A DNA stretch of 64,000 bases from the human T2T-CHM13v2.0 reference genome, Homo sapiens, in assembly GCF_009914755.1 (NCBI RefSeq), contig NC_060948.1; one strand, written 5' to 3'. The position numbers were made by a program, and so were the translations under genes. Every line of letters starts with the position of its first letter. The stretch's first letter is position 1. This document shows, in pieces, positions 26,363 to 40,200 of this stretch. A model generated the notes under the pieces. The model worked only from the letters and a program-made list of their open reading frames with translations, was not told where the DNA came from and searched no databases.

Positions 26363-27551
26363 TTGTTTAACAGTAGTAAAAGAAACAGGAGCTTCACCTG
26401 GGGCACGCAACTTATCCTAAGCTCTCGTAAACACCTTTGTTACTTGTTTAGCAGTAAGAGCATCAAAGTTTAATTGGGCATAAGTATCAAAGAAACTATC
26501 CGAGCCTGTGAGCTGAGCCTGAGTAGTTAGAATGTCATTGGTCTGATTTAGCTGAGCCTGTAGATGGGCCTCCTCTGCCCACTAGGCTGAGACAGAGTTA
26601 GAACAGCTTTTTGCCAAAAGGCCACAGTCTAAAGGAAGCAAAATGACCTAAGTACAAAAAGTTTGAAATACCATTTTAACATAAGGAAAATTAGGACCAT
26701 ATTGAGTACAAGCATCCTTAAACTTTTTAAAAAAGTAAGATTGAGCGGGGCATATTGACACAGGCCAGTTGAGGAACCAAAATAACAGGAGGGTGAGGGG
26801 CTACAGTGGATGGGGGAGGGCCTGGAGAATTATAGGTAAATTGTAGTTTGGCCCTGGAGCCATTAGCTTATACTGGAGGTGTGAAGAGAGAAGAATTAGC
26901 ATATCAATGGTCCTGGGCTGTGTGAATCACATCCGTGGGAGCTTCAAGTATTGGTTCTTTGTGAAAAGAAGTAAGATAAGTAGGGGGTAACATTAAGCCA
27001 AAGTTACCAGACTTAGACATTGAATTGTCAGCATGTTGGGGAGGAGTAGCCAAAGGGAGAAGCTGATCAGATAACAAAGGCTGTGTGGGAGAGGAAGGCT
27101 GAGGAAATGTCAGAGAAACTGAGGAAAAGGCAGAAAACTGTGGCAACTGCAGGGGATCATGAGATCGGCAAGCCACTAAGATGACATGCACCAAGGCTAA
27201 ACAACCCCAAACAGTGATAGGAACATAACTTCCTTCTGGGACCAGCTCCCAGAATGCTATACCAACACAATCTCATATTTCTACATATACGGTTCCTTTT
27301 TCAGGAAACCAAGGACAGAATTTTTCCACCACCCTGAATAGAGTGACCATATTTTCCATGGTTACTCAGATCCTTCCCTGTTTCAACAGGTCTACGTCTA
27401 AGGGTCCTTTTTCAGGAGACCAAGGACAGAATTTTACCACTGCCCTGAATGCAGTGATCATATTTTCCATGGGCACTCGAAACCTTTTCTGTTTCAACCA
27501 GAGTTTAATATAGAAGAGATAGGTATAATGTTTATACTCAATGTGACCCAC
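26363..27551 (-). pseudogene. gag: HML-8 gag remnant (MA to partial CA)
   Basis: GHIEYKHYTYLFYIKLWLKQ...FCPWSPEKG (betaretroviral MA) with the start codon decayed to GTG. CA-like KDACTQYGPNFPYVK at ~26700. Confidence 0.85.
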
Positions 27552-27686
27552 AGTTATCCCAGACCATACACAGACTATTCACCACTCATCAGGGAGTCGA
27601 ACACGCATATCTGTGGACCAAACTGATGATGTTTCTCTGCACCTAGCAAAAGGAATCGGGTTCCCTCATGTACTTAGGAAAAGAGA

Positions 27687-27704
27687 AAGAGAACGTGGCC
27701 TCCA
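27687..27704 (-). promoter_or_regulatory. Primer-binding site (decayed TGGCGCC-type)
   Basis: Minus tggaggccacgttctc lies 2 nt after the 5' LTR end. Confidence 0.6.
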
Positions 27705-27706
27705 GA

Positions 27707-28817
27707 TATTGAGTGAAATTCACCCCCAATATTTCATGTAAGTTATTTTCTATATTCCCTAAGAGTTGGCCAGTCTGAGAAATAAAGGGACAGAGTACAA
27801 AAGAGATAAATTTTAAAGCTGGGTGTCCAGGGGAGACATCAAATTTTGGCAGGTTCCGTGATGACCCTGAGCCACAAAACCAGCAAGTTTTTATTAGTGA
27901 TTTTCAAAAGAGATGACAGTGTATGAATAGGGTGTGGGTCACAGAGATCACATGCTTCACAAGGTAATAGAATATCACAAGGCAAATGGAGGCAGGGTGA
28001 GATCACAGGACCACAGAACCAGGGTGAAATTAAAGTTGCTAATGAATTTTTGGGCATGCATTGTCATTGATAACATCTTATCAGGAGACAGGGTTTGAGA
28101 GCAGACAACTGGTCTGACCAAAAATTTATTCGGTGGGAATTTCCTCATCCTAATAAGCCTGGGAGCACTGTGGGAGACTAGGGCTTATTTCATCCCTACA
28201 GCTCAATCATAAAAGACAGCTGCCCCCAAAGTGGCCATTTTAGAGGCCACTTTTTAACATAAGGAAACATAGACTCAGGGATGCATTCCTTTCTCAGGGA
28301 TGTTTTTTGCTGAGAAAAATAATCCATCAATATTTTTCCCATTTGCTTTTGAAAGAAGAGAAACATGTCCCTGTCCTGCCCGGCTCACTGGTGGTCAGAA
28401 GTTAAGATTATCTCTCTTGTTGCCTGAACATTGCTGTTATCCTGTTCTTTTTTCAAGTTGTCCAGATTTCTTATTGTTCAAACACACTTGCTCTGCAAAC
28501 AATTTGTGCAGTTAACGCAATCATCACAGGTTCCTGAGGCGACATATATCCTCCTCAGCTTACAGTGATGATGGGATTTAAGGGATTAAAGTAAAGACAG
28601 GCATAGGAAATCACAAGGGAATTGATTGGGAAAGTGATAAGTGTCCAGGAAATCTTCACAATTTCTCTTCAGAGACTGCAGTAAAGACAGGCATAAGAAA
28701 TTAAAAAAGTAGTAATTTTGGGGAACTAATAAATGTCCATAAAATCTTCACAATTTATGTTCTTCTGACATGGTTTCAGCTGGTCCCTCCATTTGGGGTT
28801 CCTGACTTTCCACAACA
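27707..28817 (-). mobile_element. 5' LTR (MER11 family)
   Basis: Direct repeat of ~21868-22950. Minus strand starts tgttgtggaaagtcagg. Confidence 0.92.
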
Positions 28818-28968
28818 CTGCCCCTTGTAATTACCAACACATTGGTAGTCTTTCTTTCAATGTAAATTATTAAAGCCACAGGTTCCATATTTTCTTAGAA
28901 TCACTTTTTAAATGAACCCTTCATGTCTTGATCTGGTAATATCTCTGCAGTAAAATGAAAAGATCAAG
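28818..28968 (-). pseudogene. 5' part (tether/spacer) of the ZNF736-like finger exon
   Basis: Minus translation SFHFTAEILPDQDMKGSF...VILRKYGTCG...KDYQCVGNYKGQ resumes as KCNYNGLHQGLSTTHSK on the other side of the provirus. The splice acceptor reads ttttcAT instead of ttttcAG at 28970-28969. Confidence 0.85.
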
Positions 28969-29534
28969 ATGAAAAAAAACCTCACAAAATTTATCCCTCA
29001 TTAGACTTAGGTGAATACACTTTACAAATATATAATTAAACAAAACACACTAATGAGGTGACAATAAAATACAACAGACCCTAATTTCTTTATAGACATA
29101 TAAACTTAACAGGAATACAATGACCAAAATGCCTTTGTGAGAAGTCTAAGAACCAGTTAAGCATTGCAGCTCCCCAAGTGAGCAAAATGAGAACAACCAC
29201 ATTGAAGTGCAATAAAAGTGTTCCTTATTTATGCATGACAGTCATCATCATTCTATGATGACTTTAAATAGAGACTCCCAATTTCAGTCTCCACCCTCCA
29301 AAAATAAATAAAATAGTGGCACCTGGTCCATACTTCTGGCTTTTTGAAAACTTACCAAACAATAATTTTTATATTTTATGACAGTGTTGAAAAGAAAGGT
29401 GGTATACTTTAACAGTTTGGGACAGCTGAGATCAAAGGTAAGTGACTGTTACAAGAGAAGAAAGACTTCATTGTCACAGAGAGACAATAGATGTAGCAAA
29501 TGACTACAGGATCCCAATAAGAAATATGGAGAAT

Positions 29535-29812
29535 GCCAGGAGTGGTCACTTATGCCTGCAATATCAGTACTTTGGGAAGCTGAGGCAGGCAAATCACCTG
29601 AGGTGAGAAATTCAAGACAAGCCAGATTAACATGGTGAAACATTGTCTCTTTAAAAAATTCAAAAATTTGGCAGCCATCATGGCAGCTGCCTCTAATGTG
29701 AGCTGCTCAGGAGGCTGGGGCTGGAGAATCACCTGAACCTGGGTGGTGGAGGTTACTGTGAGTCAAGATTGAGCCATTGCACTGCAGACTGAGCAACAGG
29801 AATGAAACTCCA
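29535..29812 (+). mobile_element. AluS (diverged)
   Basis: Full dimeric Alu with tcacctgaggtgagaaattcaagac. The tail has become (GAAA)n. Confidence 0.9.
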
Positions 29813-29834
29813 ATGAAAGAAAGAAAAGGAAGGA

Positions 29835-29886
<52 letters not shown>

Positions 29887-29898
29887 AAAAGAAAGAAA
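29813..29898 (+). repeat. (GAAA)n microsatellite from the Alu tail
   Basis: Long near-perfect aaag run. Confidence 0.95.
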
Positions 29899-29902
29899 GG
29901 AG

Positions 29903-30200
<298 letters not shown>

Positions 30201-30249
30201 ACCAACATGGGGAAACTTTTTAAGTTACAAAACACACAAGATCGGAGAA

Positions 30250-32285
30250 AACATTTATAGAAGAGTCTTAAGAGACTCAGATATCTCTAGTCTAAAATAT
30301 TGGTATCATATTCGCACAGAAAAAAAGCCACTTAAGATTTTAACATGTGGCTTTTTACTATACAAATTGCCATCTAAGATTACAACATATGGAAAACATC
30401 AAGATAATATGGATCAAGCAAAGACAAAAATGAATATACAGAACACAATTATTTAAAAAATGGAGATTTTAAAATTACTTATGACAATTTGAATTCAAGT
30501 CTGATCTATTTTCAAAAGAAAAAAATAAATTATCCTAAAATATCAATATTACCATCTCGAGGAGTAAAATGGAAATAAAGAAATCAAAATGGAATAACCA
30601 AAAGGAATTCACAAAAAATAAAAATCACAAAAAGTAATAAAAACTGTAGAGTAGAAGTACCAAAAAAACTAACAGGGACTTCAACGTTAGTAAAAAATGT
30701 AAGAAAATGAAGAAGCTCAGCAAATGACAACTAAGATTAACACAAAGATATTTCTAACAAGACACAACATAAGCAATGTTTTGAAATTGACAGACAAGAA
30801 GAGAATCTGGAATGCAAGAAGATAAAAGAGACATGTTATTTATATGCATGCTTCTGCAAAATTACCCGTAAATTTATGAACATAAATCATTTGGGCAAGA
30901 AGGGAGTAGGATGACATAGTTAAAACTCTGAAAAAAAAAAAAAAAAGTCTAAGCAAGAATATTATACCCAGCCAAAGTATCCTTTTTTATCCTTTGGGTA
31001 AAAAAGTCTAACTATATCATGATCTATATCAAGATCAAACTATGTCGTGTTTTCAAGAGACTCACTTCAGATCTAATAATAATAAAAATAATGAAAATGG
31101 CAGGATGAGAAATACATTCAAAGCAATGTTAACCAAATGAGAGGAAAAGAGGCAACAAGTTATTAAGTTGAAAACTCTCATATTTCATATAATTTACATC
31201 AAGGCAATATTTACAAGAGACAAAGTAAGACATTCAATTGTAATAAGAGGGTTCATTCACTAACAGCCTGTAAATATATGAAAGTTTTCTGAAATACATT
31301 AAGTAAACATTGACAGAATTGAAACCAAAATGGACAGCAATATAATAATGGAAGTGTAAATCAATATCTCACTTTTAGGAATAAATAAAGCAAGACAGAA
31401 TATCAATGAGGGAGGAAACAACTTGAATGTAATGTATAATAATTACACCTAACAAATATTTATAGAAAACAGAATACCCATTTTTTTTTCAATAGCTAAT
31501 AAAACATTTTCCTAGATGGACCATGAGCGACACCACAAAAGAAGAGCTAACATTTTTTTAAATTAAAATTTTACAATTATTTATAGACCAAATGGAATAA
31601 AACTAGAAATTCATAACAGAATTTTTTTTTTTTTTGAGATGGAGTATTGCTCTGTTCCTAGGCTGAATCAGCGGCACAAATTCAGCTAACTGCAACCTCC
31701 AACTCATGGGTTCAAGCAATTCATCGGCATCACCCTTTCAAGTAGCTGGGAATACAGGCCCACAAACCACCACTTGTCCCGAGTAGCTGACAATACAGTC
31801 ACACAAACAACCATAAAGTACATTTTTTTTTATTTTAGTAGAGACGGGATTTCACCATGTTGGCCAGGAGGATCTCAAAATCCTGAACTCTCCATGCACC
31901 CTCCTTAGCATTCCAAAGTGCTCAGCCTATAGGCATGAGCCACCACACCTGGCCAACAACATATTTTGGGCATGCTCTTTTTAAGGGTTGGAAGACATAA
32001 TATTTTGATGTGTCCATGCTGCTTAGTGTAACTCAGATATAAAACACACCCCTTTTCAATTTTAAATTTGAGTTTTCAAAAATAGAAAAAAAAACCCCAC
32101 TAAATTATTTAAGATCTTAAGGGACCGTGAAAAACCTGACAAACTTTAAGAGAAGAAAAATATTAGAAGCATTACACATAACAATTTTCAAACACACACA
32201 CACAAATCTGCAGTAATCAAAGCACTTTGGTACTGGTATAAAGGTGGAATACCAAAGCAATGAAATAGAATGTAGCACAGGTGTA
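30250..32285 (+). mobile_element. Ancient L1M fragments (ORF1/ORF2 remnants) in the ZNF intron
   Basis: A-rich, with gagtaggatgacatagttaaaactctgaaa, caagagactcacttcaga, gacagaattgaaa and gtaatcaaagcactttggtactggtataaa. Boundaries approximate. Confidence 0.7.
31622..31955 (-). mobile_element. Alu (heavily diverged, small internal duplication)
   Basis: Poly(T)-gagatggagt ... atgagccaccacacctggcc. The agtagctg...tacag segment is duplicated at ~31741-31810. Confidence 0.88.
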
Positions 32286-32845
32286 TACTCCTGAATAGAG
32301 AGGAGAGACATGCCACCTGTATTTTACATTCAGCCGTTTGTCACATTCCCTTTATGACACAGGCAGGAGAGGAGAGCTACTTTACCTAGATGCTAGTTTC
32401 ATTGATATTTCAAAATGTTCTCTGGGGGCAGGGTACAGACAGGAAAGAAAAACCACCTACACATCCAGTTTCAATTTTAAATTTGAGTTTTTCAAAAATA
32501 GAAAAAAAAAACAAAAAAGTTATGTAAGATATTAAGGGACCATGAAAAGCCTGACAAAAAATATTAGAATCATTACACATAAAAATTTCCAAACACACAC
32601 ACACAAATCTGCAGTAATCAAAGCACTTTGGTACTGGTATAAAGGTAGAATACCAAAGTAATTAAATAGAATGTGGCACAGACATATACTCTTGAATAGA
32701 GAGGAGAGACAGCCACATGTCACATTTCCTTTGGGCTTAGGACACAGGCAGGAGAGGAGAGCTACATTACCTAGTTGCTAGTTTCAGTGATATTTCAAAA
32801 TGTTCTCTGGGAGCTGGGCACAGGAAGGAGAGAAAAACCACCTAG
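32045..32845. repeat. ~0.4-kb tandem duplication spanning the L1/beta-satellite junction
   Basis: tttcaattttaaatttgagttttcaaaaatag...aaaaaccaccta occurs at ~32045-32459 and again at ~32460-32845. Confidence 0.9.
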
Positions 32846-33217
32846 GGAAAGACCCAGATATATGTGATAATATCCTCTGTTTACTGCACCAGGCAGAAGA
32901 GGAACATTATTATGATTCTGACCTGGTGATATGTAACAGTGCACCCATGGAAAGCAATTTGAGGCAAAATGTCTCAACACCACTGTACTAGACCCTGTGA
33001 TATGACACAATCCCATCATCTTTGAGGATGACAGGTTTAACCTTTAGTTGAGAATGTATATTAGAGCCACAATCTCACATGTGTGCTCGACCAATACAGG
33101 ACACTATCAAAAACATCCAAGGGCTTTATAAAACCTGTATCAGAGTTTCAAACCTCTCTGAGGCCCAGGTGTTCATTGCCCTAAACCCAGTTATGACACT
33201 CAACATCTGTTCTATAG

Positions 33218-33546
<329 letters not shown>

Positions 33547-35537
33547 GGAACACCCATTATCATGCTTGTGGACTCAGTTCAGAAATGAGTTACCATCCCA
33601 CCTGTGTCCAGATCCACATAAGGAGGTCCAAATTCCAACTTTGTGATGTATTTCCTCATTAGACTCAGAACTTCTACAGTGGGCTTTGTAAATGTGGGAT
33701 GGTGACAACTTTAATTTCATCTGGGTTTGTAAACAAGAGTCCCAATCTGAACTTTTTGCTGGGCCCTGTTATAAAACGCTCTACCACCAGAGTTTATACA
33801 ATGTAAGTTAGTGTTATAAACTTCTGTGAGCTTGGTAAAAATATGCAACCCAGGACTTTACCTATTGCCCTAAGCCTAACACTGAGAGGAAAAATATTTT
33901 TTATTGTCTGAATCCCAATGTAAGTTTCATTATCATGGCTGTGAACTGAAGAAAGGTATATGTCATCATCCCATATATGAGCAAAAAATTAGTCAGAAGG
34001 GTAATATCACTTAGATGCTATGTCAGGGAATATGTAACAATGCCTTTTCTAGGCATGGTACAAGAAATTGGGTCAAATTAACTGAGTCCTAGACCTGTCA
34101 ATATGACACCACCCCACATGTGGAAAAAAAACAGCCAAGTTATGAGAGCCAAAACACCTACATAATGGGCTTAAGATATGTCAAAATACTTTCATTCGCT
34201 TGAGCTCAGGAAGAAGAGTCACATCATAGAAGTGCTAGGCCCAGCAATACACGGTATGTCATAATTTTCTCTTTATGCAGAAGCAAGGTTGTAGAGTGAC
34301 ATCATCTGTGTTATGGGCCCTGCAATAGGTCAAAATTCATTTCATTGTGGCATAATTCAGGAAAAAAGGGAGAGTCACATATTGTGGGTGCTGGGCTGAG
34401 TAATGTGCCAAAATCCCCCTATTGTGAAGTCCCAGGCAGAAAATGAGTCACAGCACTTAAGTCATAGGCTCAGAGATGTGTCATAATGTTCCCAGTATGC
34501 AGGGCTCAGGCAAGCAATGAGAGCCATATCACTTACGTACTTCCCTTGGAAGATGTCACAAGCCAACATGTGGTCAGAAATCAGACAGAATAGTCACATC
34601 ACTTGGCTACTGTATCCTGAGATATGGCACAAGAATCTCTTAAAACAGCACCCAGCAAAGAGTTATTTCACCTAAGTGCAATTTCTCTGCTTATGCCACA
34701 ATGTTCCATGTGGGTAGGGCCCAAAAAATGGGTCATTTCACCTAGAAGATTGTCCAGAGATATATCACAAGACCCTCTATGTGGCATAGCCCTGAAAAAA
34801 GAGTACTACTACCTGTCTGCCTGGCCAAGAAATATTTCAATCTCAAGTTTGGCAGGGCCCAAGCAGGAGAGCTACATACCCTAGGTGATAGGTCCAGAGA
34901 TATGTCAAAATGCAGTCCTTTGGGCATGGCTCTGGCAAAAGAGTATCCTTGCCTGTGGGTCTGGCTTGGCAATATGTCACTATACTTCCTTTGTGCACGG
35001 CCCATTCTGGAGAAAAGAGTTACATCACCTATGAGGTGGACACAGAAATATGTCACAATGATTTGGGTGGGCATGGCACAAGCAAGAATGTAACATTAAC
35101 TGGGTGCTAGATCCAGTGGTATATTGCAATCCTTACTTGGAGAAAGGCCCAGATAGGAGAGTCGTATCACCTAGAGTTTGGCCTAGGTAGATATCATAGT
35201 CCCATAGAACCATTCTGCATAATCAAATTATAAAGGAGTTTCGCAAAAATTTATATCATGATCACATTTTCAGAAAATTCCAAAGGTGAGATTTACAATA
35301 CCACACATCTTGCTTTTATGTGTGACAGCTGGCTTAATCCATGTGAGATAATGACAGCCCTTACTCACAGCTTTGTGTGTTTACAGGACTCACAAATTCA
35401 CCTGTGTGTTGAGTCTGTATAATCTAAAGACTTTGTAAAATATGTGTGAGTGTTGTAATCTTTTGTGCCTCTGCAGAAGATTGTGATCCAAGACATCATG
35501 CCTGTCCCTAAAGTTAGTTATGAGTCAAAATATTCTC

Positions 35538-36062
<525 letters not shown>

Positions 36063-36614
36063 TTTTTTCTCTATTGGCTGAGTCTACATATGAGATTCAT
36101 TATCATTCTTGTGAGCCATGCCTAGGTATATGTTACAATACCCTCTGTGGTTATGAAGCAGGCAGAACAGCTACATCACCTAAATTCTGGGCTAGAAATA
36201 CTTCAATATTCTCTTGGTAGACACGGTGCTATCAGAAATTTTACCTATCTTGTGTGCTAGGTTCAGCTCTGTGCCACAATGTCCTTTGTGGGCAGTGTGG
36301 TAGGACGGGAGAGTTATGTAACCTAAATGATTGGCCCAAACATATGTCACAATGCCACCTGTTTGCAGGGCCCAAACAAGAAATTCATATCATTTGGATG
36401 CAATGTTTAGAAAAGCTAAAATTACCAAAGGAAGCAGGGTTCAGGCAGGAGAGGAGAGGCATGTAACCTAGAAGATGTGTCCATAAATATGTTACAATCT
36501 CCCCCTGAGGACATTGTTAAGATAGCAAAGAGCAATCACTAATATATGTGGCACAGCTATTTGTCAAAAACTCATTTATGAGCTCTACCTAGGCAGCAAT
36601 ATTAAATCACTCAG

Positions 36615-37200
36615 TGTTGCAGAAACCAGCCCCACACCACCCAGCAGGTTCCCTGAGTCCAGCGGAGACAAAGGAGTTAGAAAGAAACAGAATAAGCATT
36701 TAAAAGGTTCATCCAGGGGACCAGAGCATCGGAGGATTGCTCACAGCCCTGAGCACTTTGGCTCTGCCTAATGAATTGGTTTACAAGCTATTTATTCTTA
36801 GGTCAGATGGGAGGGGTAGGAAGGGATAAGAAAAGGAATAATCAATGAAGGAGAACTCATGAGTCATTCAATAAGATGTATAGCATTGGAGATTTCTGTG
36901 AATTTCTTTGAACAAAGGCATGTGTCTAAACTACTTAAGATGTTTAACCTATCTGGACTGAAATGGGTGGGAATGGGTTTCAGGAGGAGCCACGATGTAA
37001 GATTATACTCCATTACTTCGAGGGAATGCTATCTCCCTGATCAACCTGTGGAAAGCCACGGAGCTGTTATGCTCTTGGGGCATAAAGACATGAAGGCAAT
37101 AAGAAGACATTTCTCCTCAGAGGTCACCCATGGCTTCCCATGGGTGTGTCACACAGAGGAGACCAACCCATCTGGCACCCCAGAAACTCTCTTTCCCACA
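36615..37200 (-). mobile_element. Solo LTR, LTR14C-like (HERV-K14C)
   Basis: 586 bp with TG...CA ends. Minus strand starts tgtgggaaagagagtttctggggtgccagatg. 6-bp TSD actcag (36609-36614) / attcag (37201-37206). Confidence 0.82.
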
Positions 37201-40200
37201 ATTCAGGAGCTGGGCAAAAGTACATGTCACAATTACACTTGTGGAAAGGTTTAAGAATAAGCATCAGCATCCTGCACCTGTCTTGAAGCCAGGCATATGA
37301 GTTGTTATTAGGCTTTTGTTATTATCTCTGTTTTATTGCACAGTATCATCTGTGGTGATAAAGAAGTCAAGAAAGTCACCTCACCTATGTCGAGATGGCG
37401 CCAGTGAGATGTCACATTCCACCTTCTGGGCAGGACCCTGGCAGAAAAGTCACATCACCTGTATGCTGATTGCAGTGGCATATCTAAAATTCCTCTCTCG
37501 GCAGCACTCTAGAAAGAGAGGAGACTCATTTAACCTAATCAATTAGCCTACATATATCTCACAATGTCTGTGATGTGCAGTACCAATGCTGGAGAGTGTC
37601 TTCACATTGTTTCCAGCCCCAGCAACATGTCACAATCTTCCTGTGGTCAGGTCCCAATCAAAAGTGAAGAAACATCACATAGGTGCTGAGCCAAGTGAGA
37701 TGTTACATCACTTTCTGTTGACAGAACCCAAAAAGGAGAATCACATCACCTATGTGCAGTACCCAGTTATTGTCACAGTGCACTGTGAGTGAAGGACTAA
37801 TGCAGTAGAAGGGATTCACATCACTTATGTGGTAGACCTAGATATGAAACACAATTCTCTTTGGAGGAGGTTTCAAGCAGATAATTCTCATCACCTGGGT
37901 GATGGTCCAAATGATGTATAAAATTGCCATTTGTAGGCAGAGCCATGAAAGTTGTAATATATTGCTAGGTTGCTTGTTCCACATAGGGCATAATTTCTTC
38001 TGTGGTCCAGTCCTAGAAAAAAGAGTCAAATTATTCATATGCAGGACAAAGTTACCTGTCACAATCACTATCTCAGAAAGTTTTAGAAATAACTTTCACA
38101 TCGCACATAAGTCTTGGTTTTGTGTATGTGAGTCAACACTTTCTATGAGTTGGTCAAAGTATATGAGACACAATCACAACAATGGGCAAGATTCATGAAT
38201 AGGAGGCCCAATCTCATTTGAAGATTGTGTTCCAGTAGGGTAGTAACAGCCTTACCAGTGTGTTGAATCATTCATCATCAAAAGACCCATGAAATTCTCT
38301 ACTACCAAAGAGTTTATACAATATAAGTTAGTGTTGTAAGCTTCTGTGAGCTTGGTAAAAATATAAAACCTAGACCTAATCTAATCCCCTAAGATTAACA
38401 CTGAGAAGCAAAAGATATGCTATTGGCTGAATCCTAATATAAGTTTGATCATCATGCCTGTGAACTGAAGAAAGCTATATGTCATAATACCACATGTGGA
38501 CAAAAAACTAGGGAGGAGGGTGATATCGTTGAGTTACTGTGCCATACATAACATCATAATATCTTCTCTAGGTATGGTATAAGAAATTGGGTCACATTAA
38601 CTGGGTGTTGACCAAGCAATATGACATCATTCCACATGTGGAAAAAAACCCAACCAAGTTGTGATAGCCAAAACACCTACATAATTAGGCTAAGATGTCA
38701 AAATACCTTCACTGGCTCAAACACAAGCAGGAGAGTCACATCATAAGGGAGCTGGGCCTAGCCATATGCAATATGTCATCATTTCCTTTCTATGCAGAAC
38801 CAAAGCAGAAGAGTGATATCATCTGGGTTATGGGCCCTGTAAAAGGACAAAATTCCTTTTTTGTGGATACAGTTCAGGAAAAAGGGGAGAGTCACATATC
38901 ATGAGTGCTAGGCTCAGCAATGTGCCAAAATACTCCAACTGTGAAGGCCCAGGCAGAAAATGAGAGTCACATCATTTAGATCATGGTCTCAGAGATATGC
39001 CCCAATGTCCCCAGTATGCAGGCCTCAGGCAGAATAGGAGACCCGTATCACCTAGTTGCTTCCCATGGATTGTATCACAAGGTATCAGGTGGGCAGACAT
39101 CAGACGACAGAGCTACGTTACTTGGGTGTTGGGTTCAGAGATATGTCACAGGATCTCTTAGGACACCACCCAAGTTAGAGATTTACATCATGAACATGCA
39201 TGTTCTCTGCTTATGCTGCAATATTCCATGAGTTGGGCCCCAAGGAGGGAGTCACTTCACCTAAGTGACAGATAGGCCCAGAGATATGTCAGTCACAAAG
39301 TCATCTATGAAGCATAGCCCTGGCAAAAGGGTACCATCAACTGTGTGCCTGGATTAGAAACATGTCACTCTTCAGGTTGGGAGGGCCCAAGCAGGAAAGC
39401 CACATCACCTAGGTAATAGGCCGAGAGATGTACTAAACTGCCCTCCTTAAAGCATGGCTCTAAGGATGGTACTCTGGCAAAAGAGTACCATTTCCTGTGT
39501 GCCTGGGCTTTCATTATGTAACTATCCTTTCTTTGTATAGGGCCTATTTCAGAGAGGATTTACATCACCCATGTGGTGGACACAAAAAACTGTTACAATG
39601 GTTTTGGTAGGCATGGAGCTGGCAAGATTGTAACATCGTGTGGATGCTAGATCCAGTGATATATCACAACACTTACTTAGAGAAGGGCCCAGGGAGTAGA
39701 GTCACCTCACCTTGAGGTTGGGCTAGGTAGAAATCAAAATCCCACATATGCCTGGAACAAGTGTGGAGAGTCAAATTACTCATGTGCTTGGCAAAAATTA
39801 ATATCACAATCATACTGTCAGAAAATTCCAAAGATGAGATTTATAATATCACAAATGTCCTGTTTTCATGCGTGACATTTGACTTCATCTATGTGTGATG
39901 AGGACAGTCCTTACTGTCACCTGGGTGTGCATACAAGACTCACAATTTCACCTGTGTCCTGAGCCCTGCTTTTACTCTGTCTGTAATAACTCAAAGACTT
40001 TGTAAAATATGTGTGAGTGTTGTAATATTTTGTAACCTTTGTACAAAAAAGGTAATTTAGGACATCAAGCATGTCCCTAAACCTAGTTGTGAGTCAAAAT
40101 GGCATCTATTGGCTAAGTCTACATATGAGAGCCATTATCATGCCTGTGAGCCATTCCTAGGTATATATTACAATCCCCCCTGTAGTTTTGAAGCAGGCAG

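Larger units (their letters stand above)
21846..28817 (-). mobile_element. HERV-K11 / HML-8 provirus with two MER11 LTRs, internally deleted
   Basis: Two ~1.1-kb direct-repeat LTRs, PBS, PPT and betaretroviral gag/pro/pol/env remnants. TSD ctgcca (21840-21845) / ctgccc (28818-28823). Confidence 0.92.
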
